From the NCBI GenBank assembly GCA_963817895.1, contig CAWFQB010000005.1, positions 320,001 to 384,000 of the forward strand: a stretch of 64,000 bases of DNA, read 5' to 3'. This document shows positions 42,771 through 53,441 of the stretch, one piece after another (position 1 is the stretch's first letter; each line of letters begins with the position of its first letter). Source of the DNA: an uncultured Chthonomonadaceae bacterium (lineage in GTDB: Bacteria > Armatimonadota > Chthonomonadetes > Chthonomonadales > Chthonomonadaceae). Both the position numbers and the translations under genes were made by a program. The notes beneath the pieces were generated by a model. It was given only the letters and a program-made list of their open reading frames with translations. It did no database searches and was not told the origin of the DNA.

Positions 42771-43865
42771 TCAGGCAATATCGGCAAAGTGGGTGACGCG
42801 GTTACGGCCCCGGCGTTTGGAGTGGTACAGGGCGCGGTCTGCCTGCGCGATCAGGTCTGCCGCATCCGCAGTGGTGGCGACGCCGGTAGAAACGCCGAAA
42901 CTGGCCGTGACGGGATGCTCCTGCCAGGGGAAGGTTTCCAGAGCCACGCGGATACGTTCCGCCGCCGTCATCGCGCCGTCGTGATCCGTGTCGGGCAGAA
43001 CATACACAAACTCTTCGCCGCCAAACCGGGCCGCCATGTCCGTTTGTCGCGTATGGCTTTGCAGCAGTTCTCCCATGCGGCGCAGGACGGCATCGCCGGC
43101 AGGGTGTCCGCACCGGTCATTAATCTGCTTGAACCGATCCGCATCCAGCAAAATCACGGATAAAGGACGGTCATAACGCGCTGCCGCCTGATACTCCCGC
43201 TCTAAAAACGCCAGAAACGCTCGCTTGTTTTTCAGCAGGGTCAGGTCGTCCGTTGTCGCCAGTTCATGCAATTGGGCGTTTGCCAGCGCAAGTTGGGCGT
43301 TGATTGTCTCCAGATGGCGGCGGTTCGCTTCGAGTTCGTCGTATGCGGCCTGCGCCTGCGCCATTTGCGCTTCCATTTGCAGCCACAGTTCGGGGCGCTC
43401 GGCAGCGGTCATCAGGACGCCCGCCGCATGGGTCGCGTTGCCTGCCGCATCGTGAAAAAACCTGCCGCGCGCTGCTGCGCGGTGAAGGGTTCCGTCCGGC
43501 CAGACAACTCGATATTCGTGCCGGTACTCCTCGCCCGTATCGCGGGCGTGTTGTACCGCCTGCCGCGCGCCTGTCCGGTCTTCCGTATGAATATGCGCTT
43601 CAAAATCGTGGTATTCGCTCGTCGCCTGTTTACTGTCCATGCCAAAAAGCGCATAACATCCGTCCGACCACGACCTTTCCCCCGTGATGATATTCCAGTA
43701 CCAGACGCCGATACCGGCAGCATCTAGCGCAAGGCGCAGACGCGCCTCGTTTGTACGCGCCTGCTCTTCACGCAAATGATTTTCTGTACTGTCTTCAGCA
43801 GCGCCGTCCTCTGCTTTTACGCTGTCCGGCATCGCTGCCTGAAACGGCCTCGGACTGTTCCACAT
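42771..43865 (-). CDS. PAS-GGDEF diguanylate cyclase; start uncertain
   Basis: PAS_3 segment (GVWYWNI..EYRVVWPDG); D.D.FKQIND.CGH..GD; ARFGGEEF. Confidence 0.9.
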   Translation of the reverse strand: MWNSPRPFQAAMPDSVKAEDGAAEDSTENHLREEQARTNEARLRLALDAAGIGVWYWNIITGERSWSDGCYALFGMDSKQATSEYHDFEAHIHTEDRTGARQAVQHARDTGEEYRHEYRVVWPDGTLHRAAARGRFFHDAAGNATHAAGVLMTAAERPELWLQMEAQMAQAQAAYDELEANRRHLETINAQLALANAQLHELATTDDLTLLKNKRAFLAFLEREYQAAARYDRPLSVILLDADRFKQINDRCGHPAGDAVLRRMGELLQSHTRQTDMAARFGGEEFVYVLPDTDHDGAMTAAERIRVALETFPWQEHPVTASFGVSTGVATTADAADLIAQADRALYHSKRRGRNRVTHFADIA

Positions 43866-44060
43866 CGTCGCGTGTCCCCTGAAATTATCTTTTATGACGT
43901 TCACATTATCGGCCTGCTCAACATCTTTCTTAGCCGGAATTGTTGACAGCAAGTATTGTAGCACCACGCTAAGAAACATGTATATGCAGGACGTTATATC
44001 TTCTGTATGCAATACATCACACCGCGTCACTTGCTCCCTCGAAAATGAACTGGAAAAATG

Positions 44061-44089
44061 TTGCGCTTCCCCGGCGGTAATGCTATAAT
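44061..44089 (+). promoter_or_regulatory. Putative sigma70 promoter (extended -10) of the cysteine/sulfur-carrier operon
   Basis: TTGCGC-17 nt-TATAAT, with TGn immediately before the -10 box. Confidence 0.55.
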
Positions 44090-44178
44090 CCTGAGTAAAT
44101 CGGTCTATTTTGTCAATGATATTCTGCAATGCTATTCTTCCGAGGAACGGGCTTCCCACGGCAACCGTAAAAACAATC

Positions 44179-45205
44179 ATGAACACGACTTCAGAACATC
44201 CGCTGCATACGCTGGAGGGACGCAAGGGCGAGGCGGCTGTGACAGCGCCCCCTGCGCCGACAGAACATTGCCTGCTGGAAGGCAGCGTGAACCTTACCGA
44301 CCTGGTGGGCTGTACGCCACTGGTCTGCCTGAATCACTTGAAGCCGCGCAATCCTCGCGTGGAGGTGTATGCCAAAGCCGAATGGACCAATCCCGGCGGT
44401 TCGGTGAAAGACCGGGCGGCGCGAAACATGATTCTGGAGGGCGAACGAACGGGCAAATTGAGGCCGGGTAAAATCATTCTGGACGCAACCAGCGGCAATA
44501 CGGGAATCGCGTATGCCATGATCGGCGCGGCCAAAGGCTATGAGGTGCATTTGTGCCTGCCGACCAATGCCAACGATGAGCGCAAGCAACTGCTGCGGGC
44601 ATACGGCGCGCATCTGATTTTGACCGACCCGCGCCTGTCCTCTGACGGCGCGATTCTGAAAGCCCGCGAAATATACGCGCAGGAGCCGGACAAGTATTTT
44701 TATCCCGACCAGTACAACAACCCGGCCAACTGGCAGGCGCACTATACGGGTACGGGGCCGGAAATCTGGCAGCAGACGCAGGGGCGCATAACGCATTTCG
44801 TGGCGGGGTTAGGCACAAGCGGCACGTTCATGGGAACCGGTCGCTACCTGCGCGAAGTCAATCCCGACTATTCGCCTGATCTCGTTTCAGCCCGACTCGC
44901 CGTTTCACGGTCTGGAGGGCATGAAGTACATGCCCACTTCGATTGTGCCGGGTATCTACGACCCGCGCCTTGCGGACGAGAACCGCGAAGTGGAAACCGA
45001 AGAGGCCCACGCGATGGTAAAGCGGCTGGCGCGGGAAGAGGGGATTCTGGTGGGGATTTCCGCCGCCGCCGCGCTCGTCTGTTCCCTGCGCCTTGCCGAA
45101 GAGATTGAAGAGGGCGTGATCGTCACCATCTTCTGCGACAGCGGCACGCGCTATTTATCGGAGCGTTTCTGGCGGGCGGAAGACGCGGGCGATCCAGTTA
45201 TTTAG
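44179..45205 (+). CDS. cysM: PLP-dependent cysteine synthase (CysM-type); frameshift near 44870
   Basis: KAEWTNPGGSVKDR, ATSGNTG, DQYNNPAN, GLGTSGT; the C-terminal EEGILVGIS..DSGTRYLS is in another frame. Confidence 0.85.
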
Positions 45206-45322
45206 AATTGCCCTCACCGGGCGTCCACTTGTGGACACGCCCCTCTCCACAAAACGTATTTTCAAAGCGAAGCCGAAATACGGAACATGGGGGAAGGGAG
45301 ACTGTTGATTTAGGTAGGCGCT

Positions 45323-45820
45323 ATGATACAGATAACTAACGAGCAATTGAAAGCGATACGGCGGCATGGCGTGGCGGCGTTTCCGCGCGAGTGCGTAGGC
45401 GTTTTGCTCGGCGATGTGAGTGGGGATACTAAAATTGTGCGGGAAACGCGGTCGCTGGACAACACCTTTGCCCCAAGCGAAGACTTTGAGCGCAGTGTGC
45501 TTGCGGACGGCGAAGCGCGGGAAGTGGAAACTGTTGGGCAAGAGAAGCGGTATCTGATTTCGCCGGACACGATGTTCCAGTTGATGCGCGAAGAGCGGCA
45601 GACGAAGCGCAAAGTATTGGGCTTTTACCACTCGCATCCCAACCATCCCGCCCGCCCCAGCGTGTATGACCGCGAATGGGCCTCCCCATGGTATACGTAC
45701 ATCATCGTCTCCATTCTGGACGGAAAACCGGACGCCCTGACTGCGTGGCAGTTGACCGATGACCGCGCCGCCTTCAACCCGGAAGAGATCGAAGGGATTG
45801 CGGAAAATAGACAGGATTAA
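45323..45820 (+). CDS. mec: JAB/MPN metallopeptidase (Mec-like, M67)
   Basis: PRECVG and GFYHSHPNHPARPSVYD (JAMM motif). Confidence 0.88.
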   Translation: MIQITNEQLKAIRRHGVAAFPRECVGVLLGDVSGDTKIVRETRSLDNTFAPSEDFERSVLADGEAREVETVGQEKRYLISPDTMFQLMREERQTKRKVLGFYHSHPNHPARPSVYDREWASPWYTYIIVSILDGKPDALTAWQLTDDRAAFNPEEIEGIAENRQD

Positions 45821-45848
45821 CAGGATTTTTCAGGATGGACAGGATTAT
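45810..45848. repeat. ACAGGAT-based array (about 9-nt period), single arm
   Basis: GACAGGATTAACAGGATTTTTCAGGATGGACAGGATTAT; contains the mec stop codon. Confidence 0.75.
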
Positions 45849-47068
45849 GCCGGAGGTAAGCAACAGCATGAATCCTTTGCAGCAAGCGTTTGTGGAAGCG
45901 TTCAAGGCCTGGGATAGCAAAGCAATGGCGCTGGTGCTGATTGCCATACTGGAAGCATTCGGCGGGCAAGCGTTGGGCGAGGAAACACGGCAGGAGATCG
46001 CTTGGCAGTGCCGTGAATTGCTGGCGAACATGCTGATACACCCGATTAATAGCGGCGACCTGATGGTTCCCGAAGTTCCGGCGCAGTTTATGTTGGGAAC
46101 CGGTATTCAACCGGCAAAACAGCCGGACACCGGCAGGTATATCAATCTCACGCTGCATGTGGATTTAATGGCGCAAGCAGCGCCGGATTTGCAAACGCGC
46201 TGGCGCGACATGGGCTTTGTGAAAGGCGCGATTGTCGTGGAGCGCGACACGGCGCAAACGCCTTCACCCCTGAAAGGCGAACCCGGTTATGCCGGTTACG
46301 ATCCTGAACAGCCGAGTATTCACCGTCCCAAAGGCGAGTTGCCGCCGCCGCTAACACATACCTATGCGTATGCGCTTTCCATCAAGGCGAACGACGACAG
46401 CCCGCTGTTGCAGCGTTACCGGGCGGGGGAGCGAAGACAGGTTTGGGAGGAATTAACAGCGTTGGGGGATGCTGTGCGCAACGCCAATGTACTGCCCCAC
46501 GCTGTTGCGGTTGCGCGGGAAACCATGCGCCGTTGCCGTGTCAATACGGAACGGCTTCACGCCCGCCTGACACGAGAAGAGTACCATTTCCGTGAACCGG
46601 ACGAGGCATTTGCGCCGCCAGAAGATGATATTTTAGAGCGCATTGCCAAATTGGAACAGCGCGTCGGTCCGTTGCCGCTTTTCGCTGTGCGCGTGGTATG
46701 AACTTGTCGGCGCAGTGGATTTCTGCGTGGACGTGGAAGACCCCGGCGCTTACGTGCGATACTCCGATCCGCTTGTTATCGGTCCGGCGACCTACGTTCT
46801 GGATTACGAAGAAGATAACTGGTATCGGGAGCAGTATAAACTCGACCTTGCGCCGGATGTTTACCACAAGGATGATGTGAGCGGCGGGCCGGCATATTGC
46901 GTGTTTGCCCCGGACGCCGGTATAGATGCCTTTTTCAGCAATGAAGCCCACAACACAACCTTTGTAGACTATCTGCGTATCGCGTTCGGGCATGAGGGCT
47001 TTCCCGGCGATCCGACGCGCAATTCCGCTGCTCTTCCTGAATCCCCTGACGAGTTACTTCCAATTTAA
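45847..47068 (+). CDS. Hypothetical protein with a possible SUKH/SMI1-like C-terminal half; frameshift near 46680
   Basis: IAKLEQRVGPLP(L)SLCAWYELVG..APDVYHKDDVSGG..TFVDYLR. Confidence 0.55.
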
Positions 47069-47163
47069 CAACCTTCCGCCTGTTTGAAACGTAAGTAATT
47101 GCACGAGGGCCGCTGCAAAGACGGAGGCGGCGCGACAGCAATTGACAAAGGAACCTGACGATT

Positions 47164-48724
47164 ATGGCAAAAGTGCTTATTCCGACCGCCCTGCAGCAGT
47201 TTGCAGGCGGCACGGACGAACTTGATGTACCCGGCGCGACGGTTCAGGAAGTGCTGGACGGCTTGGGCGAACAGTACCCCAACCTGAAAAAGCAACTGTT
47301 CAACGACAAGGGCGAACTGCGCCACTTTGTCAATGTGTACAAGGGCGCGGAAGACACCCGAACACTGCAAGGGATGGACACGCCCGTCAGCGACGCGGAC
47401 GAACTCAGCATCGTGCCGAGCATCGCGGGCGGCACGGCAGTGGAAGGGAAGAGGGAAGAGGGAAAAGGGAAGAGTGAGGATTCACTTCGCAACCTTCAAC
47501 CCTCAATCTTGCCCAATACCCAACGCCTCATACCTAATACTCGCGCCGTCATTTCCGAAGACCGGGCGGAAGACGCGCAACTGACGCAATGAAGAGATTT
47601 TGCGGTACAGCCGTCACCTGATTTTGCCGGAAGTGAATATGGAGGGGCAGAAGAAACTCAAGGCGGCAAAAGTGCTGCTGATCGGCACGGGCGGGCTGGG
47701 ATCGCCGCTTGCGCTGTATCTGGCCGCTGCGGGCGTGGGGACGCTTGGGCTGGTGGATTTCGATGTGGTGGACGTGACCAATTTGCAGCGGCAGATCATT
47801 CACGGCACGAACGATGTGGGGCGACCGAAAGCGGTATCGGCTACGGAAACCATTAAAGACATCAACCCCAACGTGAATGTGATTAGATACGAGGAGCAGT
47901 TCACGTCCGAAAACGCGATGCGGATCGCGAAAGATTTCGACATCATCATTGATGGAACCGACAACTTTCCCACCCGCTACCTGACCAATGACGTGAGCGT
48001 TCTGCTCGGCAAGCCGAACGTCTACGGCTCTATTTTCCGATTTGAGGGGCAGGCGTCCGTTTTCTGGGCCGAGCAGGGGCCGTGCTACCGCTGCCTGTAT
48101 CCGGAACCGCCGCCCCCCGGACTGGTTCCCTCGTGCGCGGAAGGCGGCGTTTTGGGCGTTCTGCCGGGTATTGTGGGCTGTATTCAGGCCAATGAAGCCA
48201 TCAAACTGATTTTGGGCATCGGCCAGCCGCTTATCGGACGCTTGCTGCTGTTCAACGCGCTGAAAATGAAGTTCCGCGAATTGAAACTGAAAAAAGACCC
48301 GAACTGCCCGATTTGCGGCGCCAATGCCACCATTCACGAACTGATAGATTACGAGGAGTTTTGCGGTATTCGGGGCGAGGAAGCGCCGGCGCAGGAGATT
48401 CAGCAATCGGAAGAGATTACCGTGCAGGAACTCAAAGCCCGCATGGATCGGGGCGAAAAGCTGACCGTCATAGATGTGCGCGAACCCTACGAGTTCAGCA
48501 TCGCCCGCATTCCCGGCACAACCCTGATTCCGCTCGGCCAGATTGCGGAGCGTAGCGGGGAACTGGACCCGAACGAAGAGATCATTCTGCACTGCCGCAG
48601 CGGCAAGCGCAGCGCGGACGCCCTGAACCAACTGAAAGCCAAAGGCTTTACCAAACTGAAAAACCTGACCGGCGGCATCCTCGCGTGGAGCGATGACATA
48701 GACCCGACGGTAGCGAAATATTAG
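47164..48724 (+). CDS. moeB: MoaD/ThiS ubiquitin-like + MoeB/E1 + rhodanese; probably one fusion with a frameshift near 47587
   Basis: Ubl ends SIAGG. Removing one base gives LTNEEILRYSRHL. GTGGLG, SCAEGGVLG; rhodanese IDVREP..HCRSG. Confidence 0.85.
47443..47541 (+). repeat. In-frame repeat element in the Ubl-MoeB linker: (GGGAAGA)n + CCCAATA-like heptamers
   Basis: Translates as GKREEGKGKS..LPNTQRLIPNT. Confidence 0.8.
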
Positions 48725-48783
48725 ACAGGGAGAACGCGGTTCCCAATCTCCTTTTCTCCTTTTCTCCCTGTCTCCTCTTCTTC
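48723..48783. repeat. Octamer-type palindromic element after moeB
   Basis: AGACAGGGAGAA pairs with TTCTCCCTGTCT inside a TCTCCTTT array. Confidence 0.75.
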
Positions 48784-48839
48784 CCCCCGTTTCTGCCGAT
48801 AATTTCAGTCGGCAGAAACGGGGCAGGAGGAGAAACATC

Positions 48840-49391
48840 GTGAGCGCAGAGTTTGTATCGGAACGGAATACGGGGAAGAGAAGCGCATTGCCGCCCAACA
48901 GCGAACGGGTGCGCGAATGTGTGGCGGGGCGCGAGTTTACGCGGAAGTTTCGCAATCTGCTGTGCGAACTGCGGATGCAGCCGGGAATCCATCAGCGGGC
49001 GGAAACCCTGCTTACGGAGTTTGCCGAAGCGCATCCTAATCTACGCGCCTCCTACCTGTCGCGGGATGTGGACGAGTCGTATTTCAGTGATGGAAGCTGC
49101 GGATGGGAAGCGAACGCGCGCCCCCGCTTGCAGGGCATTGCCATCGAGGGCGAAAGCCTGTTCGAGTTTCTTGCCTTTGCCAACGGCCTGCGGATGCATG
49201 CCACGCCGCTCAACACTATTATGAATGTTGAAGAGTTGTGGCTGGAACCCGCGCCGGATCAGCCGTTCGTGTTCCGCGCCTGCCTGTTTCACAGTTTTCC
49301 CGCCACGACGATTCTATACGCGCTGCACCCGGACTCGCAGGAGTCCGCCGTCGCCTTTTTGCAGCGTCTGAAATACCTGCGGGGGTTTTAA
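48840..49391 (+). CDS. Hypothetical protein
   Basis: 183-aa ORF with an AGGAGGAG RBS. Confidence 0.55.
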   Translation: MSAEFVSERNTGKRSALPPNSERVRECVAGREFTRKFRNLLCELRMQPGIHQRAETLLTEFAEAHPNLRASYLSRDVDESYFSDGSCGWEANARPRLQGIAIEGESLFEFLAFANGLRMHATPLNTIMNVEELWLEPAPDQPFVFRACLFHSFPATTILYALHPDSQESAVAFLQRLKYLRGF

Positions 49392-49397
49392 CGCGCC

Positions 49398-49763
49398 ATG
49401 CCCCGACCCCACTATCCCACCACCGGCGGACCGCATCTGCCGTCCTGGAACACGAGCGAAGCGCGTCAGCGCCACCGCCCGCAAACGGCCATGACCGGGA
49501 TTATCAGGGATACGAAAGCGGCCACGTGCCTATCTTCCACGCCAACGCGCCATACTTCTGCAACTGTCGCGCCGTCCGGTTGCGTGTCCCCTGACCGCGC
49601 CAGTATTGCGGCTGCGAAACATCCGCGCGCCTCAAGTTCCCTGCCTGATTCCCCGAAGCCGTCAAATCCATCCGTCGCGTCGCCTGCTATGATCCGGGTC
49701 GCCGCGTTGCTCAGTCTCCTCGCGCTGCTGTTTACCGTTTTGGTTCTCCTCCATCACGGCTAA
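49398..49763 (+). CDS. Hypothetical protein with a C-terminal TM segment
   Basis: Follows the previous ORF by 6 nt; hydrophobic tail. Confidence 0.4.
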   Translation: MPRPHYPTTGGPHLPSWNTSEARQRHRPQTAMTGIIRDTKAATCLSSTPTRHTSATVAPSGCVSPDRASIAAAKHPRASSSLPDSPKPSNPSVASPAMIRVAALLSLLALLFTVLVLLHHG

Positions 49764-50050
49764 AGAGTTGATAGTTGATAGGAACTACACGCCTGCCGCG
49801 CTCATTCCTCCCATTCTGCATTGGTCTTCGGATTTTGCCGAACATTCGCTTTCTCCCTCGTAATTCTATTTGCGTTCATTCGCGTGTCTTCGCGGCTCAC
49901 ACCTCTTTCCTGTTCCGGCAATAAGTCAGAAAGCCGGCAGGAGACGGGGGCAGGGTTAGCGAACAAGATGGCAACTCTATGGCGGCGTCATACGGAGAGC
50001 AGTACCCCACGCGCCGCAACTCACCGATTTCTTACGAGGCGAAGACCACC

Positions 50051-50269
50051 ATGCAGATGGAAAAGAAAATTACCACCAAAGAAGACGGACGTTTCCTCGT
50101 CTACTACCACTTCCCCGACACCGCGACCGAAGAAGAGACGCAGGTGTTTGAAGGGATAGAGGAAGAAAAGGAGAAAAGGAGAAAAGGAGAAAAGGAGACA
50201 GAAGAGGATTCATCCTTCATCCTTCATCCTTCATCCTTGCCTGAGACCGGAGGTGTTCCTCATGTCTGA
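50051..50269 (+). CDS. Small hypothetical protein upstream of galT
   Basis: MQMEKKITTKEDGRFLVYYHF; overlaps the galT start. Confidence 0.55.
   Translation: MQMEKKITTKEDGRFLVYYHFPDTATEEETQVFEGIEEEKEKRRKGEKETEEDSSFILHPSSLPETGGVPHV
50159..50238 (+). repeat. In-frame repeat element: (GGAGAAAA)n + (TTCATCC)n
   Basis: Translates as EEEKEKRRKGEKETEEDSSFILHPSSL. Confidence 0.85.
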
Positions 50270-51247
50270 AATGCGCTGGAATCCTGACCACTGAAGAGTG
50301 GATTATTACCGCAACCCACCGGCAGGATCGGACGTTCTTCCCGCCGCCGGACTACGATCCGCTCGCGCCCACGAAACCGGGCGGATTTCCGACCGAAGTG
50401 CCGACGCCGACGTATGAGATCGTGGTCTTTGAAAACAAATTCCCATCCCTGCGCCGCGACCCGCCCGCGCCCGCCATTGAAGGCACGGATTTCGAGCCGG
50501 TTCGTCCTGCGCAGGGCGTGTGCGAAGTGGTCTGCTACACGCCGCAGGCCGATACCGAACTTGCCAATCTGCCCGTAACCAAAATCGAGCAGTTGATACA
50601 TGTATGGGCCGACCGCTTTGAAACCCTGAGCGCGTATCCGTTCGTCCATTATGTGTACATCTTCGAGAACAAGGGCAAGGAGATCGGCGTCACCCTCGCG
50701 CATCCGCACGGGCAGATTTACGCTTATCCGTTCATCCCGCCCATTCCCGCTACGGAACTGAACGCCGCGCGCAATTACAAGGCAAAGACGGGGCAGAATC
50801 TGTACGCCACGATTGTAGCCGGGGAGATGCAGGACGGCAGGCGCATTGTCACGCAGAACGACCATTTTCTGGCCGTCGTGCCGTTTTACGCCGCGCTATC
50901 CCTACGAGGTTCATATCCTGGCAAAAGGAGATAAACCGGCGATTGCAGACTTCGACGACGCGGAAAAGCACAGCCTTGCCCTGATCCTGAAAACCGTGAT
51001 GGCAAAGTACAACGCCCTGTTCAACCGCTCGATGCCCTATATCATGCTGATGCACCAGCGACCGAGCGACGGCGACAGTTCGCAGTACGATTATTACCGC
51101 TTCCACATCGAATTTTACCCGCCGTATCGCACAGCCGACAAACTGAAATATCTGGCCGGTTCCGAAGCGGGCGCGAACGTGTTCATCAACGACACCCTGC
51201 CCGAAGTCACCGCCAAAACCCTGCGCGACCTGGAACCGCAAAGTTGA
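50262..51247 (+). CDS. galT: Galactose-1-phosphate uridylyltransferase; frameshifts near 50287 and 50890
   Basis: MSEMRWNP, VFENKFPSL, FENKG.EIGVTLAHPHGQ, KLKYLAGSE. Confidence 0.92.
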
Positions 51248-51265
51248 GCGAAACAGTGAAGCGGT

Positions 51266-52243
51266 ATGAAAGACATGAACATTATCAAACAGTGGAACGC
51301 CTTTAGAAAAAGCGTGTTGAGCCGCATCCGAAACATGAGGAGAGGGTCCGTCCGCGCCCCCGAAGGCAGAGCCGCGCTGATTCTCGGAGTCAACTCCGTC
51401 AATGCCCCACAGGGCGAGGAGATTGTCGGCACAGTGCTGCTGAAAGGTGGCGCTGTGCCGCAGCAGAAAAGGCTGCTAGTGATTCGGCTGAAGGAATTGC
51501 ATCAAAACGGCGATTCCTCCGAATGGAAAACCATCAGCGAGGTGGTTACCGCCTATTTTGACCTTGCGCCGGGGCAAACGCGGGAGGTTCCGTTTCGCCT
51601 GTCGATTCCCTTCAAAGCCCGATTGTCGTCCACGAGCAACGGTACGCGGGTCACTGCCGACACGAACCTTCGACTGGTTGCCAAAACAGGCGTAAGCGTA
51701 AACGTTAAAGTCACGCCCCCCTTGGAGATCATGGCGCTGGACACGGCCTTGCAGCAGTTGGGGTTTGTGTCCCGACAATACAATTTTGTCCCGGTAATCC
51801 CGTTCCTTCCTTCCCTCGCATCGCGCAAACGATTGGTGACGAAGTTCTATCACGCGCCTTCTGCCCTGGCCGAGCAAACCACCGGCGTTACGCTGCAATT
51901 GGCGCTCGATGCCAGCCATGTCGCCGGACAGCTGATACTGAACCACCCCAAATCCAACTTGCCGAGCGTTTTGCGGGCTGCAATGGGCGAAAACAAGCAG
52001 ATATTTCCGATTGAGATGCCCCGCAACCTTCTGTCCGGGGGAAACAGCGTTAAGGAAGCCCGAACCAGTTTAAGGAGTCTGCTCAATCAGGCGCTGATTA
52101 TGCCGGATAATCAGGCGAACTGGATGCTGCGCGCTTCAGCCCCGCCGCCCGATGCCGGAAACACCCTCCTCCGCGCCGCCGACTCCACACTGGAAACAAA
52201 CCCCGAACAGCTTCTTCATGCCAGTGAGCAAATCAAAATTTAG
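51266..52243 (+). CDS. Spo0M-like protein with an LLRA-repeat C-terminal tail
   Basis: GEEIVGTVLLKGGAVPQQ, REVPFRLSIP, ALQQLGF. Confidence 0.55.
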   Translation: MKDMNIIKQWNAFRKSVLSRIRNMRRGSVRAPEGRAALILGVNSVNAPQGEEIVGTVLLKGGAVPQQKRLLVIRLKELHQNGDSSEWKTISEVVTAYFDLAPGQTREVPFRLSIPFKARLSSTSNGTRVTADTNLRLVAKTGVSVNVKVTPPLEIMALDTALQQLGFVSRQYNFVPVIPFLPSLASRKRLVTKFYHAPSALAEQTTGVTLQLALDASHVAGQLILNHPKSNLPSVLRAAMGENKQIFPIEMPRNLLSGGNSVKEARTSLRSLLNQALIMPDNQANWMLRASAPPPDAGNTLLRAADSTLETNPEQLLHASEQIKI

Positions 52244-52311
52244 AACACATCGGGCAGCAGCGCTATACTGTAAGCGCGACACAGCCATTATGAAGAAAGG
52301 AGCCAGAACGT

Positions 52312-52551
52312 ATGACAGTGACATTGGAAGAAGCCAATACGCAATTTGCCGCATTGGTAGCGCGCGCAGTTTCGGGGGAAGAAGTCATTATCTCCGACGG
52401 ACAGAACGCTCTTGTTCGCATGGTGTCTGTCGGCATCAATAGCGAAAGCAGGCCTCGCCGCGTTCCGGGCAGCGCGAAAGGCAAAGTTATAATTGCGGAG
52501 GATTTCAATGCGCCTCTGCCGGAGGATATTTTGGAGGGATTCGCGGGATGA
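52312..52551 (+). CDS. Phd/YefM-type antitoxin
   Basis: VTLEEANTQFAALV..GEEVII, RVPGSAKG..EDFNAPLP. Confidence 0.88.
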   Translation: MTVTLEEANTQFAALVARAVSGEEVIISDGQNALVRMVSVGINSESRPRRVPGSAKGKVIIAEDFNAPLPEDILEGFAG

Positions 52552-52934
52552 ACACTCTTCTCGACACGCATAGCTTTCTCTGGTGGGTTACAGATGACCC
52601 GCAACTCTCTCCTCGCGTTCGCAACATTTTGGAAGACGGCGCGAACACGATCTACTTCAGTTCCGCCATTGCGTGGGAAATCGCCATCAAAACGCAAATC
52701 GGCAAGTTGTCCCTGCCTGATTTGCCCGCGCGTTTTATCTCGGAGCAAATTGCCCTGCACGGCTTTGAGGAACTGCCGATAACAACCGCTCACGCGTTGC
52801 AAATTTATACCCTGCCGCTATTACACCGTGATCCCTTTGACCGCGTTCTGGTTACGCAGTGTCAGGTGGAGGGATTCTCTATTCTCACAACAGATAGCCT
52901 GATTGCCCAATATGGCGTATCAACTATCTGGTAA
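52548..52934 (+). CDS. vapC: VapC PIN-domain toxin
   Basis: LLDTHSFLW, WEIAIK, HRDPFDR; ATGA overlap with the antitoxin. Confidence 0.92.
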   Translation: MNTLLDTHSFLWWVTDDPQLSPRVRNILEDGANTIYFSSAIAWEIAIKTQIGKLSLPDLPARFISEQIALHGFEELPITTAHALQIYTLPLLHRDPFDRVLVTQCQVEGFSILTTDSLIAQYGVSTIW

Positions 52935-53140
52935 TCCTCAAAGAAGAGATAGAGGAGCAGTGCCGCGTAAGCGCGCCTGCGCCTTCCTCGCGCAGTTTGC
53001 CGCCGTTATACCGCCACTTTGGAATTGAAGCATCATCACGCATACGTTCTTATTCCATTTGCCCCAATGAGAATCCTGCAAATACGAGTTTTCGAGTTTT
53101 CGCCGCCGTCGCCTCCCCGTAAAATTCCCGTCACGCGCCC

Positions 53141-53168
53141 TAAATTATACCGGCAGTGCCTCCGACAA
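53141..53168 (+). promoter_or_regulatory. Putative sigma28 (FliA/SigD) promoter of flagellin
   Basis: TAAA-16 nt-TCCGACAA, versus consensus TAAA-N15/16-GCCGATAA. Confidence 0.5.
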
Positions 53169-53286
53169 TTGTTTGCGAGGGAAAAAGCAACGGGCAGGCA
53201 AAAATGTCCTGTTCCCGGCAGCCGATTTACTCCCTTACGCGCTCTTTGTCTTTCGCAGACAGCCCGATCCGGCAGGAAGCCGATGT

Positions 53287-53412
53287 GGGTAGAGAGTAGG
53301 GAGTAGAGAGTAGGGAGTAGGCGCTGACGACAAGTTCGTTTGAATAAGTCGCTGATTGCACTCAGTAAAAGTGTAAGCCTACTCCCTACTCTCTACTCCC
53401 TACTCTCTACCC
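53287..53412. repeat. Perfect 36-bp inverted repeat of alternating AGTAGAG/AGTAGGG heptamers with a 54-nt spacer
   Basis: 53287-53322 is the exact reverse complement of 53377-53412. Confidence 0.95.
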
Positions 53413-53441
53413 TGCGGGCAAATTCATGGAGGAATACACCA

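Noticed and set aside
43866..44225. Long N-terminal extension of the diguanylate cyclase ORF
   Set aside because: AT-rich; overlaps the divergent promoter and the cysM start, so probably intergenic.
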